Shown here: positions 11,973 to 27,392 of the stretch, piece by piece | How the letters are laid out: every line of letters begins with the position of its first letter | Position numbering within the stretch: position 1 is the first letter of the stretch | Assembly: GCA_951406725.2 (NCBI GenBank) | Contig: OX597815.1 | Span: 23,498,001-23,562,000, forward strand | Origin: Octopus vulgaris | Lineage: Eukaryota | Length of the DNA stretch: 64,000 bases | Direction: 5' to 3' | Translations under genes and position numbers: made by a program | Notes under the pieces: generated by a model | What the model saw: only the letters and a program-made list of their open reading frames with translations | What the model was told of the DNA's origin: nothing | Databases searched by the model: none

Positions 11973-14900
11973 GTTACTGTCACACTGTATTGGCAATGCC
12001 AGAATATGAACCTCAATCATACTGAGAGGTTGACAGAAGCTCTATTAATTTGACTATCCATGCTTGTAGAATATTACAAAAGTGACTGTCCAATATTAAT
12101 CTTCCTCTCCATTACAACATTATTTTGATATTTTAGCTAAACCATAAGGAAGAACTGTAAACATATAAGTGTTTATGTACAAGTAAGACTTTGTGATTAA
12201 TATGTTTTGGGTAGTTAAAAGAAGGTACAAAGGTCAAGCAATGTGCAAAAGATCAGCTAGTTAGAGCAGACAGCTTACAAATAAGACTTTAATTAGTTCT
12301 AACACACATATGCAAATAGACACACATACATACACTCACACAAACTTCTAAAACTAAAGTTAAACCCATAATGATTGTGCTTTGAATGCATGCACAAACA
12401 TGATCGCAACTGTTTATTTTACGTTTTTTTCAAAACTAACCAATGTAAAAAAAACTTTGTAAATCTTCCCAATCTAGAGGATTCGCAAATGCACAGGAAT
12501 ATGCAGAAATAAGAGAGGGGTGTACCTGGGAGCTAAATTCATAAAAATCAAGAACCTGATTACAATATTCTAGCCAGTATTCCTATTGAAATCTAAGCTT
12601 CATATTAACTTGAAATTAAAGTCACCAAAAATATGAACATAATATATCTTGGAAGCTTAATCAGGTTAATGCATATCTCTGGATTTAATATTGTTGGACA
12701 AGTGAGATTTGCCACTCAGGATAGGATGCTAGTCTTTCTTAGGTAACATACTCTAGAAGGTCCTGATGCTTTTCAGAAATAGTTCCTAGAAAAAATCCAG
12801 TCAAAAACATCTTATCACTCGGCATGCCAATGTGGGAAAAAACAACAGACACGTGTATACATGCTTTTTCAATTATAAAAGACAAATAAACAAACAGACT
12901 TAGTTGCCAGCTCGCTTTACAAGCTGAGAACAACAAGCTGAACCATCAAGCAAGAAGAAAAGATCTCTTATCTATTGAGATATTTACTGAATAAATTTAC
13001 TTAATAAACAATCTCTTTGTTAGTTTTCCTAGTCTATCTCTTCTCCATGAGCCAAAGAGGGAACTGTAATTTAGTCCTTGACCTGCTAAAAACAGCAGCC
13101 AACTCTCCTTTGAATTGCTTATCTCAAGTATATAATGTAGTCCTACATAATTCCTAAAAAAGATGAGGGTCATACTAAAAATGCCTTTGATTATAGATTT
13201 GTTTCATCAAAGTTGACCTGGGACCAAACAACAAATACCTAGTCTCCATTTAGAAAAAAACTAAAGGCCAAAAATATGAAAGGTTCTTGCTCATAGACAC
13301 ATCAAAATATCTACAGTAAGATAGGAATTCATTGTTCAGAAACCAGTGATCCGATAATGCACTCACTGATACTTCCTCTACACACATTCTTAAAAATCAT
13401 AAATTATTTATAACAATAATAACTATTGTCTTCATTAGTATATGAAATGTAAGAAACACAACACAATTATGGAAGGTGAAACCTAGTGCGTGTATCTATA
13501 AAGTTGATAATCATCTTATATGTAGTAGTATTTCCAGCAAAAGTACAGAAGCTACAAATATACAACACTGACTCATTTTGTTATCAGCAATTCTGTAGTA
13601 AATATGAACCTGACAAAAATCAGCAGCAAATTAGATGCTACGGTAAATATGTATAAAGTTTTTAAACAACTGTATACTTATACAATGACATAAACATTTT
13701 GAATAATTTTGGTCTGTCTCTTTCAAAAAAAAAAAAAAAAAAAACAGTGCTTATCATGATTTTACAAGGTCAAAGGTTCAGAATACAAAAATTAAAGCTT
13801 TCATTCTATTTTTTAAACAGTTTTGCTTCTGAACAACAATACAGATGATACATTGTTTGACCTTCCACAAAAAAAAAAAATAAATAAATAAAAATATATA
13901 AAACACTGTACAAGTTCCACTTGTTATCCAAATATGTTTTCAACTATGCAAACTGTAAACATTCCTGAACTAATAAATTACTGTATTACTGACTGCTGTT
14001 TTTATATTTTGTGTAAAATTTTATATTTTGATTTTAAAGATAAACACAATATGAAAATGACGAAAAATAACTAAAAAATAACTGATCATATTTCTTTCCC
14101 CAAAACATGCTACAAATTTTCAAGTATCACTTATTTGAAAAATTAAAAACAAAAATTCTACCCAACACTTGCAATCTCCCCATATCAAATCTCTTCAAAT
14201 CAACTTCATGTAATGAAATTGTGGAAGCAGGGTAGGAGTCCACCCTCTGACAGACATTGCTTCATCAGCATTTCATCTTGATTACTTTATTGAAGCTGAA
14301 ACATTTCACTCAATCAGATCTTCCCACATATAATTGTGTATCACTTCCTCTGTTGATAAACCTTTTAAGGTTCATTATACCTCCTTCCAGATTTTTGCTT
14401 ACCAACATTTATTTTGTGTATCTTCTATTACCAAATTCTGACAGTCAACAAATATGGTTTGTTTTCTTAACATGGATATAATCGCAAAAACAATATTTTT
14501 GATGATCCAACCATTAAGTCATAACTTATCTATCTCTTAATTCACATACCAGATTCAATGGGATATAAATTAATTTTTTTTCAGCATTCAAAGTTCTACA
14601 GACTTTACAGCATCATACAACTTGCCTTCTTCCACCTATCTTGCAGTCTCAATGCTACACTTACTATCCCTAAATTCAAACAGGATTAAAACAGAAAATA
14701 GTGAAGAAAACTCATCCCATTTTCTAAGAATATAGCTTGCTTACAATAATGACATCATCACCAACATATTTATCATTTAACGTCCACTTATTTATGCTTA
14801 CATGGGTTGAATGGAGAGCATCATTGTATGTTTGCTTTCCATGCTTGCATGGGTTAGAAGAGTCTTCTCTAACATAGCATCACAACATTTGTTGTGATTC

Positions 14901-17047
14901 TCTGTCATCTCCTTTGTGAAGTTCAGATTGTGAAGTTGAGATTAGCTTTCAAAACTTTCAAAACTTCTTCCAATGTTTTTCTTCCTCAATTTTCCTTTTC
15001 AACAGGTTCCTTCTACTTAAATCACTCAGCAGTTCTTTACTCATATGATGTCTGCTATATGTATCACATGCCAATTACCAGCACAAACATCTCTCTTACA
15101 ACAATTCATGAGGCACCCAATTTTTCTCTTGGCTCATTTGTGCTCTGTTCTTCACACAAAGTAACAGTACACCTCCAGCAAAACTTCATTTCTCTCCAAA
15201 CTCTGTAAATCCTCTACAATCAGTAATCATGTTTGGCTACCATGCAACATTGTGCTTCAAATACAAGCATCATAACAATCTATGTTTCACTCACGGACAA
15301 AATCCGTGAACTGGTGACGGAAGTAACGGATACCTAAACTGTTTCCATCTTGTTTTCATTTAAGCTATATGCTACCAGAGAATCCATCATGAATGATAAC
15401 AAAAAGCATCAACTACTTCTAAGGAGCCTGATGAGTATTTAAAAGAATTTATTCCACAAGAGGCTCTCTGGAAGTTGTAGATAATCTCTGCTACCTTGGT
15501 AACCTAATTAGCAGTGGAGGAGGCTGTACATAAAGTGTAATTGCTCAAATAAGAATAGGATGGAGAAAGTTCAGGGAGTTTTTACTTCTGTAGGCAACTA
15601 GGTCTCTCTCTATCTCTCCCCTCTCCAAGTAAAGGGAAGATTGTGTGATGCATGTGTATAAACTGTGATGCTGCATGGTAGTAAGACATAGGCCTTGAAT
15701 GCAGAGGACATGTGAAGGCTAGAGAAGAATGACCCTGGTATGTTCTTCTGGATGCGTAATGTTAGTGAGCATGTGTGACAGGACACTGGCGCATTGAGAG
15801 AGAAGTTGGGCATAAGAGGAATTATGTGGTGTGCAAGAGAGGAGACTGCACTGGTTTCATCACATGATGCAGATAGATGAGGACAGTTGTATAAAGATAT
15901 GTCAATCACTTAAAGTGGAGGAAAGTTGTGGAAAAGAGAGGCCCAGGAAGACATGGGATAAAGTACAGAAGACCAACTCAAAATACTAAGCCTTACAAAG
16001 GAGATGACAGAGGACCAAGACATGTGGCACATTGCTATTCTCAAGACCTGCTCATCATAACAGAATTGATGGTGTCACGTAAAAAGCATTCACACAAAAA
16101 GTACCCAGCACACTTTGTGGGGTGGTTGGTATTAGGAAGGGCATCCAACTGTAGAAACCAAACCAAAACAGACTATGAAACTGGTGTGCCCCTGGCCTTG
16201 CCAGTTCCTCTCAAGCTGTCCAATCCATGCCAGCATGGGAAACAGATTAAGTTGATGGTGATGATGTGCTCTTACTGCTAATTGCTATTGTGAATCTGCC
16301 ATAAATGAAGTCTTCCCACTGTCAATTTGCCTATGATTCCAGTATATCTCTTGTGCTCCTATAGTCTACACTGGGTATACTATATGGAATTCCTACCTAC
16401 TACTTTTCTGCAAATTGAGTTCTGATGGTGGTAGAAACCAGGTTTCTTCCTTGTTACCAAGGACTTTCGTCATTAAAATTTACTTTGAGACCATTTGATT
16501 CAGGACTTTACATCCACATTTTTTATTTCTTCTCTAATTCTTTGAGTCAACTAAATCATCAACACAGATAGGAACTCCACCTGATACTAAATTCCTCACT
16601 AAACTCATTGCTAACTCACATTTTATTGAAGATATTTTATTGAATGGCTTGCAAGCTCACATAAACCAATCATCTACACATGTGAACATCAGATTACAGA
16701 GTATGGTACCCTGTCAAAAATGGTACAAATAGTGACTTATACCTTCCTGCTTCCATAAACAAAAATAATCGATATACAGGAATAAATAAAATGGAGATGA
16801 AATCATCACTAAGTGCCTTTGAGATGCACCAAAAACTGTATTTTTGTGACACTCATTGATTTTTTTCCTTTTTATCAGATTCAAAATAAAAAAAAATATT
16901 GTAATGATAGTACAAATAAAGTGTTAAAATTGATAGCAAAAGTAGGGAAATTTAGGACAAATCTGTTTATAGTATCACAAATGTGTAGTAAAATTAATAT
17001 TGCCATCATATAGAATTCTGTAACAAAATTTTCTTGAAAGCCCTTAA

Positions 17048-17267
17048 CCCTTTAGTGTTCAGATTATTCAATCAAACATAATGCCTATTGATTCCCATTG
17101 ATTTGAATTAATCATGCACTATCTCATATCTTCAAGATCTTGATGGTGTAATTACTTAATGTAGAATAACATTGTAGGGTAGGTGTGAGAGCCCGGATCT
17201 GGTCAGTTTGAACGTAAAACAGATTAGCTATTTTGGCTGGATATGGCCAAGTTTAAATACTAAAGGG
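17048..17267. mobile_element. piggyBac-type MITE
   Basis: TTAA on both sides, termini ccctttag...ctaaaggg. Same family as 58588-58798 in the opposite orientation. Confidence 0.8.
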
Positions 17268-17479
17268 TTAATAAATCTGCCTGCATTGAATGTTTCAAGT
17301 TCAGTTCTGTATATTTTTCCAACTAGACATTTCATAATCCAGCAAAAAGAAGCTTTACAATGCAATAGTACAGCATATAAACCTCGAGTTGAGATCTTCT
17401 AATAAATAATGCAACATGACAAAACAACATGGTGGAATAGGTAATGAACTAGTTATATGTATTGTCAGTCAAGTGTCAC

Positions 17480-18760
17480 GCCCAATGGCTGGCAGGAAGT
17501 AGTATCACTATCAACTGCTACAAGGGCAAAGAAGATGATTTAGAAGAGAGGCAATTATAGAAGCATCAGATTGCTGGACTAGGTTATGTAACCTACTGAA
17601 GGACTAATTACAAGCAGCATTGATTAAGAAGAGAATTAACCTAGACAGGACACAGTCCAAGTTTGTGCTCAGAATTTCCACACTTTAAGCAAGACCTAAG
17701 AGTGAGAGATCTTAAAGCTAAGTTTTAGTTAACAACAAAGAAAACTTTGGGAAAGTGGGTGTGCTTGATATGTAGGAAAGAAGCTCTCATCCACTTCCTA
17801 GTGAAAATATGGAAGAAGCACTTAGCTAGAAGTAGGCCACTATACATGCATTTGTTGACCTGGAAGACAGCCTCTGACAAGATTTTACGCTCTATAATCA
17901 GGTGGTTGGTAAGAAAATTAATGATAGGTGAATGGCTTGTGAGAACCATACATGACATGTCCAGAGCTGCTGTCAGCAAGGTGAGAGTTAACAAAGAATT
18001 TGGAGAAGAATTTAGCATGCAGAGGAATGTACATCAGAACTCAGTTCCCTTTTGTTCATTATGGTGCTCCTGGTCATAGAGTTTGCAAGAACTCCAGTAT
18101 GCCTATAATCAAGTTCACATAGCTAAATTAGCCAAAAATTTACAGAGGAATTTCCACACTTAAAGAAAAACTTTAAAATGAGAAGTCTTAAAGCAAACGA
18201 AACAAAGACCAAAGTTTTAGTTAACAAGAAAGGAGATAGGATTCTACTACCATTGAAGAAAATGGGTGTGCTTGATATGAAAGAAGCCAGTAGGAATTCA
18301 ATGTGGTGTACCCACTGTAATTAATAAAGACAAAGAGATTTAGTAGGACCACTGGCAGGTTTACAGTAAAGATAGACATCATATGTGGCAGATGTACAAA
18401 GTAGTTAGCAGTAACAGTACATATGAAATAAATTCCCTCAATTGTTGGGAAAGTTCCCAAGAAGCTGCTAATAGCTTTTATTCTCTAGGTGACCTAATTA
18501 GCAGTAGCTGTGGGTGTTCTAAATGCATAGTTTCTATGAACAGTATGGGAAAACTTCAGGGAGCAAAGGATTTCTTGACTGGCAGCAAAGGAGTTCTTGC
18601 TCAGATTGTATGATGCTTGTATACAAAGTACAATGATGTGTGAAGAGTTGGGCACCGAAGGCAGAGGATATGTAACGAGTGTTAAGAAACAAAGTGAGCA
18701 TGCTATGTTGGATGTGTCATATTAATGTGTAGGATGACAACAAAGCACAAATGAACTGAG
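17480..18760 (+). mobile_element. Decayed RTE-clade LINE fragment; similar debris at about 1420-1600, 15540-16030, 46420-47600 and 53570-54050
   Basis: RPLYMHLLTWKTASDKILRSIIRWLVRKLMIGEWLVRTIHDMSRAAVSKVRVNKEFGEEFSM resembles the RTE RT segment (F.DLEKAFDRV..W.LRKLGV.EWLV..V..MY). Confidence 0.75.
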
Positions 18761-18762
18761 AG

Positions 18763-19003
18763 GTAAAAAGCACCATCCGATCGTGGCTGTTGCCAGCCTT
18801 ACCTAGCCCCCGTGCCGGTGGCACATAAAAAGCACCCACTATACTCATGGAGTGGTTGGCGTTAGGAAGGGCATCCAGCTGTAGAAACTTTGCCAGATCA
18901 GACTGGGCCTGGTGCAGCCTTCTGGCTTCCCAGACCCCAGTTGAACCGTCCAACCCATGCTAGCATGGAAAGCGGAAGCTAAATGATGATGATGATGATG
19001 ATG
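18763..19003 (+). mobile_element. Retroposon family B copy
   Basis: Family B body ending ccatgctagcatggaaagcgga...(gat)n. Confidence 0.85.
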
Positions 19004-21160
19004 AAGCGGAATCAGTTGTAGTGTGCAATAAAGAAAACTGTGCTAGTATGGGCATGTGATGCATATGGAGGCAGTGAGTTATAAAAATAAGTACTCAGCA
19101 CTCCAAATGGATGGAATCTGTGGACGAGGAAGATCAAGGTAAATACAAAATAGTGAAAACTGATCTCAGGATAGTGAAGCCCACAAGGAAAATAACAAGG
19201 GGTCACAAGTTGCAGTGATGTCTTGTGCTAGAGAGGCTGTGCCCGACCAATTCAAGTATGAAAGAGATGTAAAATGCTAATGGTAGTAATGGAAAATGGG
19301 ACGTATAATATTTACATTTGGATCCCTTCTGATACATTAAAATTTCAAAAACCACTCCCCAACCACTGTGTTACTTTCTTACTGATCACTCACCCCACAT
19401 CCAAACAATGGCTCCCTGCTGTCACTATCTCACCCAACACAACCATGTAACAAGAAATGCCAATGCAGTTGACATATACACATTGAATCCCTTCTTACCA
19501 TCATCCTTCTTTAGTACTAACCCTCTCTCTCTTTGATAACTTAACCAACAAAGGTCAGGACTGTCTGTCTGTCTGTCTCTCTTTTTCCCCACCCTATCCT
19601 TTAATCTCTTCTCTATCACCATCTCATTCTAGTTCTATTCCCATATAGTCATGTGCAATAGAAAGAATTGAATGTACACAGACAATACTGAAGGAGGAAC
19701 AAGACAACCTTCCAGTGCTGGTGAACAAATGAACAAAGACAATGCAACAGAGCAGGGCATCTTGATGGGGGAGAAGACAAACACTTTAATACTAGTGCCA
19801 CTCAATAAACTATGTGAAGTAATTAGTGAATGTCAGAGATAACATAGGGTAGAGGGAACTTTTCAGTCTTTCTGAAGACAAGACAATCTCTCTAGCATTG
19901 GCACCATAATACAATGCACCCAGTGCACTCTGTAAAATGATTGGCAATAAGTTGGGGGTGGAGTCATCCAGCCATAGAAACCATGCCAAAAATGGAACAT
20001 ACAAGCAAAACATGACCCCTACCTGCCTAAGTAAGAATTGGCTTGAATTGTGAAGACCTGTCTAACTCAAGTCAATACAGAAAAATGAAAGGGTGATGAT
20101 GATGATCCATTACTCTAACCCACAAAATTTTCTGAGACAGTGAACAACAAAAGGAAAACTATAAAACTGTTTATTTACTGTTAGCAAGATTATACAAAAC
20201 AAACTATTTTTGTTCTAACAATGAAAACCATTGTTTATTACAAATACTAATTACACAAGTAAAATAATAGCTTCTGTAGAAATATTAAAATAAAAGACTC
20301 AAGAAAGAAAAAAAATCCAACAAGAAGACAACACAGAGTAAAAAGTGAGAAAATGAGAAGCATTTAGTGAAAGAAACGGAGGAAATTAAAGGCTAATGTT
20401 AGAAAAGAAGCAATGCAATTAGTAAAATGAAGAAAACAAATCTTCATAAAAACAAATAGTGTAAAATAAAAAGTGAAAAAAGAAAACGCTTGCAATATCA
20501 AAGAGATTAAAGCAACATTAACTGTTCAGACAAGCAGCACTTCTATATACATAATGGTTAGTTTCTAAGAACATCATTCTATTTCTTTTGATACATTGCA
20601 AATTTGGAAATCCTCTATTAAGCAGTAAATAAGCTTCAGAATTATTAGAATATTTTTATAAAACCCAATTTAAATAAAATGGTGAATTAATTGATAAAAC
20701 TATGATAAGAGATTTAGATCAAAATTTTGTCCGATATTTGATATCCCTTTTTCCATGCTGGCATGGGTTGAATGGATCAACAGGAACTGACAAGCCAAAG
20801 GGCTGTGCCAAGATGCAATGTCTGCTTTAGCACAGTTCCTACAGCTGGATGCCCTTCCCAATGTCCAGAGTGTACTGGGTACTTTTTTTTTTTTATGGCA
20901 CTAGAACTAGTGAGGCCAAGTACTCTTCAATTGAGTGCGGTATAGTATTGAAAGAAGTAAAAGTTTGATAGGGGGACAGGAACAGACATCTTGCTGAAGA
21001 GGAAAGTGCAAATATAATAAAGTATAACAGAAATTGTCATTGATAGGTTTTTGTGAGCATAAAAGTGTCTTAAATATACAGATATTCACTTTATCTTCAC
21101 AGACAAGTCACATTGGAATGGGTTAAAAAACATTAAAATGATGGGAGGGCAAACACTAAC

Positions 21161-21277
21161 CTTGTGTAATTCTATAGAACCAACCCACAATTTCCTTTCT
21201 TCAACATCTTTGGCACGAAGATACCATACATTATCATTGACGCTGACGTCAAACCGACATTCATCAAATGGATGTGG
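21161..21277 (-). CDS. CERT1: CERT exon encoding the C-terminal half of the PH domain ([39 protein letters not shown])
   Basis: Manual minus-strand translation. Acceptor ttttatcttttcag, donor AAG|gttagt, 117 bp, phase 0-0. The peptide closely matches the recalled vertebrate CERT PH segment [39 protein letters not shown]. Confidence 0.95.
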
Positions 21278-24200
21278 CTGAAAAGATAAAAATAAATTAC
21301 ATGAAAAACTGTTTTAGCTTTTTGCCATCTTACATTTAATAATTTCATACGACAAAATTAGGGTCAGAAGGATAAAAAGTTTGACTAATAGCTTAAAAAT
21401 TATCACATGCATTTAGTGATTGCATTAAGAATTTCAGTAAATATGGTTTATTTTTTTTAATAATCCCTTCATTTTAGAGTTGTTTCTCAACAAAATGACA
21501 TAATTATCAACAAACTTTTTGCATTCAGTACCATGTGTAAAGAAGTTTTTGAGTAGAATTGTCAACAACATTTGTAAATATTACCTGTAAACAAGTATTT
21601 TGTCAACAATGAATTTTCACAGCTGAGATATCATTGCATTTTTTTTTTGACAGCAGTGGGTCACTTGTCAGTATTGTTTGCAAACATAAAATATATAATA
21701 GTTTGTTTGTATGTACATATGCATGCATAAGTATATAATTAGGTAAAACTTACTGAATGAAACAAAGGAAAATCAAATAAAAGAATAATTTATATCTGTA
21801 CAAGTTTCATCTTTCAAAAAGTTTGCTTAAAGTTTTTTTAATAAAATGCAAAAAAGAAAATAATACAGAGGTGAAAAAGCTAGTATGTTTCCATGCTATA
21901 TAGCCAAACTATAACTACCACAGATACAGAGGATCAATTCTCTCCTAAGAATTATTTAATATTGATTTAGTATATTTGCTGAATTTAAAATTTACTCCAC
22001 TTAATACATCTGTTACCTGCATGTTTCCAAAACTTTTCAGAACTATCTAACCCATACTAGCATAAATGAATAACTGTAAAAGTGATACATGTGTAGGCTT
22101 TAAAGAATAAAGAACTTGAACAATGCATCATATAAATAATACAATAATTGAAACTCTCCACTACATCACCACCATCCTTTAAGGTTTGTATCCCAAGAAA
22201 GCATGGACTGGATAGTCTGACAAGCCACAGAACTGCATCAGGCCCAAATGTCAGCTTTGGTATTTTCTATGGCTGGATACATTTCCTAACGCTACCTACT
22301 TTACCATATAATGGGTGCCTTTTTCATAGTACTAGCACTAGTGGAGTTGCCAAGAAGAAACTCCTTGGACTGAGTGGTAATATATTTGAGAGGGTTAGGT
22401 AGCTTTATATTAAGTCTTGGAGGCTAAAGAAATAGAGAAACAAGCAGAAGTGTCTTACTATAAAAGAACCCTACTGATGCCATCTTTGCCCTTCATTCAT
22501 TCTGGCCAATAAAATAGGGTCATGGCTTAGCAGGGTTGTTAGAGCAACAGATGAGATGCCTTGTGGTATTTTGCTCAAGTTTTTTGCCTTAGGAGTTCTT
22601 GAATGATAGATTTAATCTGTTGCCTCCACCTGGTTTTTGAGTACCTTTAGAAGAGCATACTCTGTTTTGAACACTCAGGTCCTCAGTTTGAGGACAATTT
22701 CCTCCTTTCTCTCAGTTTTGGAGGCCTGAAAAATAAGGGGCTATGGGCCCTTCCCTCCAAACTAGATGGTTAAAAACTCCTGACACAACAAGACTGTGTA
22801 AGGAACAGTATAACAATTACTATTACATAATAAACATGTAGCATAACGTCAGCCTTTCTTTTGGTAATAAATTTTTATTCCTATACACACTGCCTATGGC
22901 ATACATACAACCACTTTTACAACTAATGTACGATTTCATACTCCTATTAGAAGCCCAGCAGATGATAGCCAATTAATTCCTAATAGTTGTTCCTTATTCT
23001 AATATTATTTTACTATGCTACTCTACATCAGATAAATCTACAAAGGGCATCATGTAATATCCTACAGCGATTCAGTGAAGTCAGATCTAATGTATATTCA
23101 TCAGTTTCTTTGTGACAAAAAAAGGGCAAGGGAAAATTTCTGCAAAAAACTACTCTGTGTGTGTGTGAGGTAGTGTGAGGGAGAGATAGGAGAGTAGAGA
23201 GAGTAGAGAGAGAAAGAGTAGTAGGAGAGAGAGAAGAGAGAAAGAGTAGTAGGAGAGAGAGAAGAGAGAGTGTAGAGAGAGATATGCTGTTAATTCAAAC
23301 AAGTACTTTGGGTATATTAACAAAAGGAATGGAAAGGAATGAATAAAAGTTTATGACTTCAGACTATAAAAATATATATGGCAAGAGAAATTCCAATAAG
23401 CTTACATCAAAAGCTGGCATCCACATGTGGGAAATAGAAAAAAAGATTCTACATAGGTTCTAGACATTAATGATGAAAATAAATTACAAATATTAATAGA
23501 CGAAGTGCCACAGTGGTCAAGGTTCAGAATTCTTGGCAATGAAGGAAAGAGTCACAAAACCTATTTGAAGAACAAAAGAACGTCTTTATATACTTGTGGA
23601 AATGATTAATTTACAGCTGACTGCTCGTTTCAGAGCTGAAATATGTATTACGTATTGCATTTTTTTTCTTTTTTTTTCATTAGTTTGGTAGTTTGTGGAA
23701 GAAGGGTAGTACCTTTAGCCTCTTCAAGCTTTTCTAATATCAGAAATATGAATAACTAGATTAACTTAATGTAATTACATTAATTTTAAATTTTAGTTGG
23801 ACGAGATTTGAATTTCAGGTTCCGAAAAATAAGAAGTTTAGCAGTCAATAATACATTTACTACTAACACCATCACTAGCAGTAATGATTTCTGATATTGG
23901 CACAAAGCCACATATTTGTAGAAGAGATATTAGTTAATTGAATCAAGTCCAGTACATAACTGGTGTGTTGGGTAAAAGTTAAAGTTTATGACAATGGAAT
24001 TTGAACTCGGAATATAAATACTGTAAGACATTTAATCTAGCCCTTAGTTTACTGTTTCTCTCTATTCACTAACCTGCTCACAATATCAATAGCATTTGGT
24101 GAGAAAATGTTTTCTTTTCACCATCAATATTAGATTGTCACAGGATCATACATTATTTCCCTCAAGTTCTCATTTCTTATTCCTATATTCATACAACAGG

Positions 24201-25840
24201 GATTCTTTCCACACTCAATTAAAATGAAAAACATGTACCCGAAATATTGTACTATGTGGAGAATTCATCAAGAGATAAATATTAAAATATTGTGCCACCA
24301 AATGCAAACAAAAATGAACACTTTTTATAAATCAATATTGTAAACAAGTAGAAAATATACCTTATCTCAAATAGGACAATATAGAGATAAGAAATATATG
24401 AATATTTTTCTTCACTAATCGTAATATTTGCAAAAAGGAAAAATACAAGCATAAAGATGGAAACTGAAACAAGAAAGAGTAGGGTCTGGCTCCTATTTTT
24501 AACCAACTGGGCCTGAAAATTAACCTAAAGGATAGTACTACAAAGCAGAAGCAATAGCTTCACTTTTGATATAAAGAATAAAAAATATATATAACAAAGC
24601 TGCAATGATGGAATATGTATGCTGTTCCCAGCAACATAGCTATATACTTGCAAGAGATAGCATAGCCCGATGACGGAAGCATTGGCCAACCAATCACATG
24701 CAGCCTGAAATTTAAAGAAATGAAATATTCTTATATTTACTTAGCCATGTCTAAAACAGAAATGTATCCAAAGAAATTTTAAAATGTCTTTTTAAGATAC
24801 AGAGCATGGACAACAGCGGTCCTCCTAGTAATCTCTGACTGTAAGAAAATTACAATCTGAATCAAAATATAAAGCACTGCAGCAGTCTATTCCTCATCTC
24901 AGGAATTACATTTTCCAAGCACCAAAATCTTTAGTGGCTGTCATAATTTTAATGTCCACTTGTTCCAAACTGCCATGGATTGGATGTGTTCTGATCACAG
25001 TGGACAAAATAAAAGTAACTGTTACAAATTAACTTTTACTAATTCTTCAGCAACACAATATAAAAATAAAATATAATGGTGCAGACATAGTGATATTATA
25101 GCCAATATCTAAGGCTTAGCAATAATTTGGGATAATGAAAGAAAACTATTAAACTTCAAGATAACAAAAACACACAATTATTGAAACTACAAACTCATAA
25201 CCTATTTGTCAACATTCTATGTGGGAGTTATAGTAAGCCTTATAAATTTAAATCCTCACCAAGAAAACAACTGTGCAAAAGAGAAGACAGAAAATTGAAG
25301 AAAAGATAGTTACAGATCAACAAAACCATTAATAAAGCTGCAAAAAGGGAAAAAATATGAGCATAGCATGTGTTGGTTACCATATTCAAATGTCTCCCTC
25401 TCGTAGATTTTAGAAACATCAGATGTAGGCAAAATAGCACCATTAAGCAGATACATGAAATATATCAAAGCAAATGGCAAGTAAATATGCACATTTAAAT
25501 GATATAACCAGAAAAATATAAAAACCTATCAAGAGGAATATTTCAGAGGAAAAGGTTTTTTTTTTCACTTTTAACTAATATATTTCATAGGTATGAACAC
25601 AAATGCTGTGGAATGGAAATTAAGCTTCTCTTATGTATTGATAACTGCAAGATGTATGACATCCTTTTTGCATCAATATGCAAAGCTCCTTGACCCTTAT
25701 GACTGAGGAAAACTCATAGTGTCAAATTATGTCTTCAAGAAACAGCAATAAGAAAATTAAACCATGGACAAACAAATACACAATTAATTAATCCACTATT
25801 GTTTCTGCATATATCAAAACTATATAAAAATTTAATAATT

Positions 25841-25978
25841 TGGCGTTAAGAAGAGCATCCAGCCGTAGAAACACTGCCAGATCAGATTGGGCCTGATGCA
25901 GCCTTCTGGCTTCACAGACCCCAGTTGAACCGTCCAACCCATGCTAGCATGGAAAGCGGACGATAAATGATGATGATG
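25841..25978 (+). mobile_element. Retroposon family B, 5'-truncated copy
   Basis: Same 3' consensus with a (gat)n tail. Confidence 0.8.
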
Positions 25979-27392
25979 AACCAATGAGAATAACAGTAAT
26001 TAATCCAGGGAAATTTAAAACTTGGAATTACTATAATAATATTTGTTAATTACTCTTTAGCTGATAATATCTGTTCAACCCAGCACCTCAAAAACAAATT
26101 CAAATACTTTTACTGTTATTTCCTTTGGTACATATTTTTATTTCTTAAATTTCCTTTCTTCCTTGTTCTTCATATACCTAACGATGTTTGATTTCAATAA
26201 AATTACTGTTACTTAAATCTTTGAAATGTGAAGCCAATAATCCACAAGCATTTCCTGAATCAACACCCTTGAAGCTAGAGTCTCTTCCAATGTTTCTAGT
26301 TCCATTAATGATTTTGATTACTGAGTTTTTTAAGCAACTAAAATCATTTGCACACTTGAACAAAAGATTCTGCAAAAGTGCCGTCATATGTTTAGCTGTC
26401 ACATCTTCCCTTGGCTCATTATTTTCAATTGCTTTTCAAATGTTAATTTTTTCCCCAAAATTCCAGACAAGTAATAACATCTCTAGTTATAACATTAATT
26501 GGCAATGACCTTGAATGGTGCTATTGTTTCCTAGTTTATGGGCTGTAACAATCATGTCATATTCAACTAGAAAAAAAAAAAAAAAAAAAAGAAACGAAAA
26601 ACAGCCTATGCATTACTACAAAAATCATTAATCAAGGTGACCAAGTGCATTATCAAGAATCAAAATATCTTTGAAAGTTAAATCATTTTTCTTGCAATGA
26701 CTTTCAACTTCTGGACAAAAAAGGCAATGTGAACCAATCTTTCAAACAAGACTTAATAACTCAGGCATTTTAATTTCATCACCAAATGAGAAAGAGAATG
26801 TTTGTTGCATACTTTTAAAGCCCTAGGATTCACTGTTTGTAAATAAGACCAGCTTCAATTGAAGGTCCCTCTCATCTTTTGATGCTTTGTTACTTGACTG
26901 AGATGCTTTATTGTTTTGTTAAAAAGTTCTTGATAGCATAGCACTAATTTGCTTCTGATTACAATCTTGCAACAAAGTATTAATAGATGCTCCATTTCAA
27001 CCATTATTAGAATTTGATTCCATGTCCAACCCATGCTAGCATGGAACATGGAAGTTAAATGATGATGGTGATATATATTGCATACTTAGAAACCAAATTA
27101 GATTGATCCCAATACTCATTCACATTGTCATGCTCTTTATTCTTTGTTTTGTTTTGGCTGTGATCAAGCCTAGAATAACTTAGCTTCTTGTTTTATTACT
27201 TTCTAAAGTGGTGTCACTTTCACTTCTAGATATGGTTATGTGAGGGTTGATAATATTTTTGATTTCAAAAACACATGGTAACTTGGAAACACCTCAGTTT
27301 CCATAAGTGATAGGCAAGAGATAGAAGCTTAGTAGCAAAGGTGGGATGGCTCAGCTAGTCACTTGCAGCCATTTGTGCACCTTTTTCAAAAT

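Noticed and set aside
26178-26402. ORF containing GNACGLLA, reminiscent of the Ric-8 GNAAGLLA motif
   Set aside because: Similarity is limited to one short word, with no surrounding homology or supporting exons. It is probably chance.
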